Shown one piece after another: positions 59,471 to 64,000 of a DNA stretch of 64,000 bases. Source of the DNA: Scyliorhinus canicula (taxonomy: Eukaryota). How positions within the stretch are numbered: position 1 is the stretch's first letter; every line of letters starts with the position of its first letter. The notes beneath the pieces are model-generated. The model made no database searches. It was given only the letters and a program-made list of their open reading frames with translations, and was not told where the DNA came from. Location: assembly GCF_902713615.1 (NCBI RefSeq), contig NC_052162.1:108651811-108715810 (forward strand). The letters run 5' to 3'. The translations under genes were made by a program, and so were the position numbers.

Positions 59471-59767
59471 CTACAGCGATTGGATTTTACAGTTAATCAC
59501 ATCCAGAAGTGAAGATGTTTATCATAACCTGTTTCTGCTGATGTTTTTAAACTCCGGCACAGTTATACATGTTGACATTATCAATAAAAGGCAAATAAAT
59601 CAACTTTGTGTGCCCGGTCATTTTAATATCTCACTCAAGTTATTTTCTTTTGAAGGGCTCTCCCTCTCCCTTGTCTCCTCTATCCTCAACTCTAACAAGT
59701 GTGAGGAACTCATGGAGCCTCTTTGTCATTACAATTGAGATAATCTGATCAACTGTCTCTGCTGCTT

Positions 59768-60066
59768 AGAATCCTAGAATTTATACTGCAGAAGGAGGCC
59801 ATTCGACCCATCAAGGCTGCAACAGCCCTTGGAAGAAACACCCTACTTACGCCCACGCCTCCACCCCTATTTCCGTAACCCAGTAACACAAACTAGCCTT
59901 TTGGATACTAAGGGGCAATTTAGCAAGGTCATCTTTGGACTGTGGGAGGAAACCGGAGCATCCAGAGGAAAACCACGCACACACGGGGAGAAACTGCAAT
60001 CTCCACTCAGGCAGTCACCCGAGGCCAGAAATGAACTTGGGACCCTGGAGCTCTGAGGCAGCAATG
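59768..60066 (-). mobile_element. HE1-like SINE, long form
   Basis: Reverse tail GAAGGAGGCCATTCG plus V-domain. Confidence 0.8.
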
Positions 60067-60129
60067 TGTGGCCCATGCCTTCCCTGCCTTCCGGCTGATT
60101 GACGGCATCGCCGGACCAATACAAAGAGG

Positions 60130-61365
60130 AGAAAAAAAACAAGAGGTAGACTATTTCTGAACTGGGGAGAGGTTGGGAGGTTCTGCTGTCCAAAGAGATC
60201 TGGGTGTCCATGTTAACGATTCACGAAAGGCAAACTTCAGGTGCAGCCAAAAACCAGGAAGGCAAGTGGTATGTTGGCTTCATCACCAAAGGATTTGAGT
60301 GGAGGAGTAAAGATGTCTTTCTGCGGTTGTATAGAGCCTTGGTCAGACCTCACCTGAAGTATTGTGTACAGTTTTGGTCTTCTTCTCTAATGAGGGATAT
60401 TCACTATAGATGGATTGCGACGGAGGTTCACAAATTCCTAGGATGGCGAGATTGGCACAGGGGAGATCGAGGAAACTGGGTCAGTACTTCCTAGAGTTTC
60501 AAAGAATGAGGTTGTTACCTCATTGAAAGTTGCAAAGTTGGTTCGATCCCGGCTCTGGGTCATTGTCCGTGTGGAGTTTACACTTTCTCCCTGTGTTTGT
60601 GTGGATTTCACCCCCATAACCCAAAGATGTGCAGGGTAGGTGGATTGGCCACGCTAAATTGGCCCTTAACTGTAAAAAAATAATTGGGTACTCTAAATTT
60701 TTTTTTAAATAAAGTCGCAAAATTCTTCCAGGGCGTGACAGGGTAGATGTTGATAAGATATTTAGCCTGGCTGGTGAGTCTAAAACATGGTATAATCTCA
60801 GAATTGGGCAGGCCATTTAAGATTGAGATGGGGGAGGGACTTCTTCACTCAAGAGTTGTTACTCTTCGATTCTTGATTTTTATTTGAGTTATCCCGAAGG
60901 TGCAGAAGGAGATAATGCAGCCCATGAAGTCTGCACTGACCTTCTGAAAGAGCACCTTATTTGGCCCACTCCCCTGCCATGTTCCCATACCCCCACCTAA
61001 CCTTTCGACACAAAGGGGCAATTTACCATAGTCAATCCACCACCTAACCTGCACATTTTTGGACTGTGGGAGCAAACCGCGCACCTGGAAGAAACCTACT
61101 CAGACATGGGGAGAATGTGCAAACTCCACACAGCCTGTCACTCAAGGTCAGAATTGAACCCGGGTCCTACGCTCTGAGGCAGTAGTCCTAATCACTGTGT
61201 ACCCGCAGAAGACTGTGAAAGCTCAACCATTGAGCATGTTCAAGTTTAAGATCAATAGCTTTCTGGAGCCCAATCACATCACGGAGTATGGAGATGGAAC
61301 AGAAAAGTGGTATTGTGGTTGATGATCAGCCAGGATCTAATTGAATGACAGAGCAAGCTCAAGGG
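60130..61365 (+). mobile_element. Degenerate CR1 3' part with nested SINEs (60537-60710 +, 60900-61205 -)
   Basis: LYRALVRPHLKYCVQFW; the short SINE has TSD AAAGTYGCAAA at 60526-60536 and 60711-60721. Confidence 0.8.
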
Positions 61366-62081
61366 GCTGTATAAAATAGGAATTTCAGAGATATTGTATT
61401 TTATGTAGGTGCAATAAGGATTAAAAGCCTGGGTTAGTATGTGACAACTGCAGTTCTGTTTTTAGGAATCCTGATTTGAAAGACAGCTGCCTTTTTGGAG
61501 ACAGATGCAATTAATGAATGGTAAAATTGAGGCAAATGGAATTTTGATAATATAAAGGTGGTTCCCTAGGGGTAAATAAATCGAGACATGATTCTCCATT
61601 TTTGAGAATAAGTGATGATGCTGGCACAGGATTCGTGGAGTTCTACAACCGCAAAGCTGGCACTGCACCTGGACCGATGCAGCTACTGTTAAAGGGCTAG
61701 CACCGGCAGTGCATGGAACACAATCGATTCCAATGAGAAACGGTGTGGGATTCAACCGGTTTTGCACTTGACACTCGGGACGCTGACAAGCCGCAGTCGT
61801 GTATACACACTGCTGCTCCTCACACACACCATCTCAGGCATCCACCAGCTCCGTGCTTCCACCAGTGCTGAGGCAGAGATCCTCCTAGACGTTGTGGAGG
61901 AGAGGCGGATAACCCTGTGTCCTGGCTAAGGAAAGAGGCTGCCAGCCTCCACCATTCGTGCCGGGGCGCAAGTGGCAGAGGTGGTCAGTGCCGTGCACCA
62001 GACTGTCCAGCAGTGCCAGAAGAAGCTGCACAACCTCCTCAGGGTAGCCCTACGCCTCTGGCACTCTAAACCGGTTGCCCC

Positions 62082-62331
62082 NNNNNNNNNNNNNNNNNNN
62101 NNNNNNNNNNNNNNNNNNNNNNNNNNNNNNNNNNNNNNNNNNNNNNNNNNNNNNNNNNNNNNNNNNNNNNNNNNNNNNNNNNNNNNNNNNNNNNNNNNNN
62201 NNNNNNNNNNNNNNNNNNNNNNNNNNNNNNNNNNNNNNNNNNNNNNNNNNNNNNNNNNNNNNNNNNNNNNNNNNNNNNNNNNNNNNNNNNNNNNNNNNNN
62301 NNNNNNNNNNNNNNNNNNNNNNNNNNNNNNN
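62082..62331. other. Assembly gap (250 N)
   Basis: Run of N. Confidence 1.
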
Positions 62332-62959
62332 GGATGGCTGAACCCGCGCCCACGCTGCACCACATGCTGGCACCCATACCAGCCACCATGGCCGGATGCA
62401 CTGGCCATTGAGGCCACCAGCTACCCACCCCCTGGGCTGCATACTTCAGACTATCGTTTTCCATTTGTCCCCACCCCATCCCCACCCAGGAGAAGGCTGC
62501 CCATAGCAGGGCGGAGGGCCCTGATTGTGGTCAGCGGCCCGGAAGTAAGGGAGGTTGCCGGCGTGGAGTTTGGCTGCGGGCAAGGAAGTGAGACCCTGCT
62601 GAGTTGCGGTTCCACAACACCACCCTCACACTGCCCTCACCCCACACCACCCTCACCATCACGCCCACCCTCATCCCCACCCTCATGCCTACCCTCACAC
62701 TCATGCTCACCACCCCCGCACATCTACCCTCACCCCCACCACCCCCTGGTCTACGGTCTAATCATGTGTCTTGTCTTGTGCCTTGCAGGACCTGCTGGAG
62801 ATGGGGCGGGTCCATCTAGTGTCCCCACCCCGAGCCAATGCCACAGCCGGAGCCCACCCGTGAACCGTGCAACGACGATGAGAGCAGCTCGGATGGCAGC
62901 CCTTAACCCAAGATGCAGGACACCCAGAACTCAAGTCTGAGGATGACACTCACTTCCCT

Positions 62960-63303
62960 GGGGCGGCAGGATGGCACAGTGGTTAGCATTGCTGCCTCAC
63001 AGCTCTAGGGTCCCGGATTCAATTCCGGCCTTGGGTGATTGTGTGGAGTTTGCACCTTCTCCCTGCAACTGTGTCGGTTTCCTCCGGGTGCTCCGGTTTC
63101 CACTGACAATCCAAAGATGTGCAGGTTAGGTGGATTGGCCATGCTAAATTGCCCCTTAGTGTCCAAAAGGTCAGGTGGCATTACTGGGTTACAGGGATAG
63201 GGTAGGGTGGAGGCGTCGGCTTAAGTAGGGTGCTCTTTCCAAGGGCTGGTGCAGACTCGATGGGCCGAATTGCCTCCTTCTGTACTGTAAATTCTATGAT
63301 TCA
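62960..63303 (+). mobile_element. HE1-like SINE, long form
   Basis: Complete head, V-domain and HER1-type tail ending AATTCTATGATTC. Confidence 0.9.
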
Positions 63304-64000
63304 TGTCACAGCTGTCTCCAACATCTTCCACTATCCCAGAGACACCCACTTCAGTTGGGCACTTTAGTGAAGAGGCTCCTGAGACACTCTCTGGTGCGCA
63401 CCACACAGCTGATCCGGTACAGCAGGGGAAGGTAGGAACACCCAAGTGGGTAGACTGTCGGAGACCTGGCCGACCTCAGGTACTAGTTGCCGTCCAGACT
63501 GGTTTTGGGCTTCTGAAGCGGACAGTCCCATCGATTGTGCAGATGCAATCGCAGAGGGGTTGTCGGCGAGCATCCAGTGCCTGCAGGTGCAGATGTAGTC
63601 CTACCATATGCAGGAGCAGGATGTGGTGCCGACCATGCATGCCACCCAGACTAACGCCGCACGGCTAGCGTCCGCAGTGGAGGATTTCCGGGCAATGGTT
63701 TGGGCTATGGATCAGCATGTCCAAGGCCTGGGGCATTCTGTGCCGGTGCTGGCCGAGGCCCAGGACAGGGTTGCCGCCTCACAGGCAATGACATGCGAGA
63801 GCCACCTGGAAATCGCTGCGGCATTCCTGAGCATGGCCCAATCACAGCGGGCCATGGGCTGGTAACGGCGGCGGCATTGCTCACACGCAGACACTGAGGT
63901 AGGTGGTCCAGCCCTAGAGAGAGGTGGCTCAGTCACTTGCTGATATGCCACAGACCCAGAAGGTGGTGGCACAGTCATTGGGGGTTGTGGCACAGTCATT

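Larger units (their letters stand above)
61585..63900 (+). mobile_element. Degenerate PIF/Harbinger transposon with a Myb/SANT-like (trihelix) gene remnant
   Basis: Left end GATTCTCCATTTTTGAGA resembles the MITE end at 51274; 61845-62050 reads PAPCF..EILLDVVEERR..AQVAEVVSA..QQCQKKLHNL. Confidence 0.7.

Noticed and set aside
61926-62940. ORFs of up to 322 aa
   Set aside because: Inflated by the 250-N gap; only the Harbinger Myb-like remnant is supportable

Overview
This is a repeat-dense vertebrate window, very probably from a cartilaginous fish (shark or catshark). That is an inference from HE1-like V-SINEs paired with HER1/CR1 LINE tails and from a SacSINE/Deu-type SINE. Host genes are two paralogous C2H2 zinc-finger genes with 9 intact fingers each and no effector domain (2499-3389 on -, 58685-59470 on +). 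There are also two decayed ZNF relics, a duplicated bidirectional NRF1/YY1 promoter module, and degenerate tRNA-Asn and tRNA-Lys copies. The rest is nested retroelements: a near full-length L1 with a 15-bp TSD, older L1s, a Tx1-like element, many CR1s, Rex1/Babar, L2, a Gypsy-type LTR, Penelope relics and Harbinger elements. The most interesting signal is a set of short, mostly palindromic, TSD-flanked Penelope-type inserts carrying minimal hammerhead ribozyme motifs. One family has a compensatory U3-A8 core on both arms, while an older relative in the window has C3-G8. One SINE head also occurs with three different tails, suggesting a switch of partner LINE. Family names come from recognition, not database searches, and most repeat boundaries are approximate. 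There is a 250-N assembly gap at 62082-62331.
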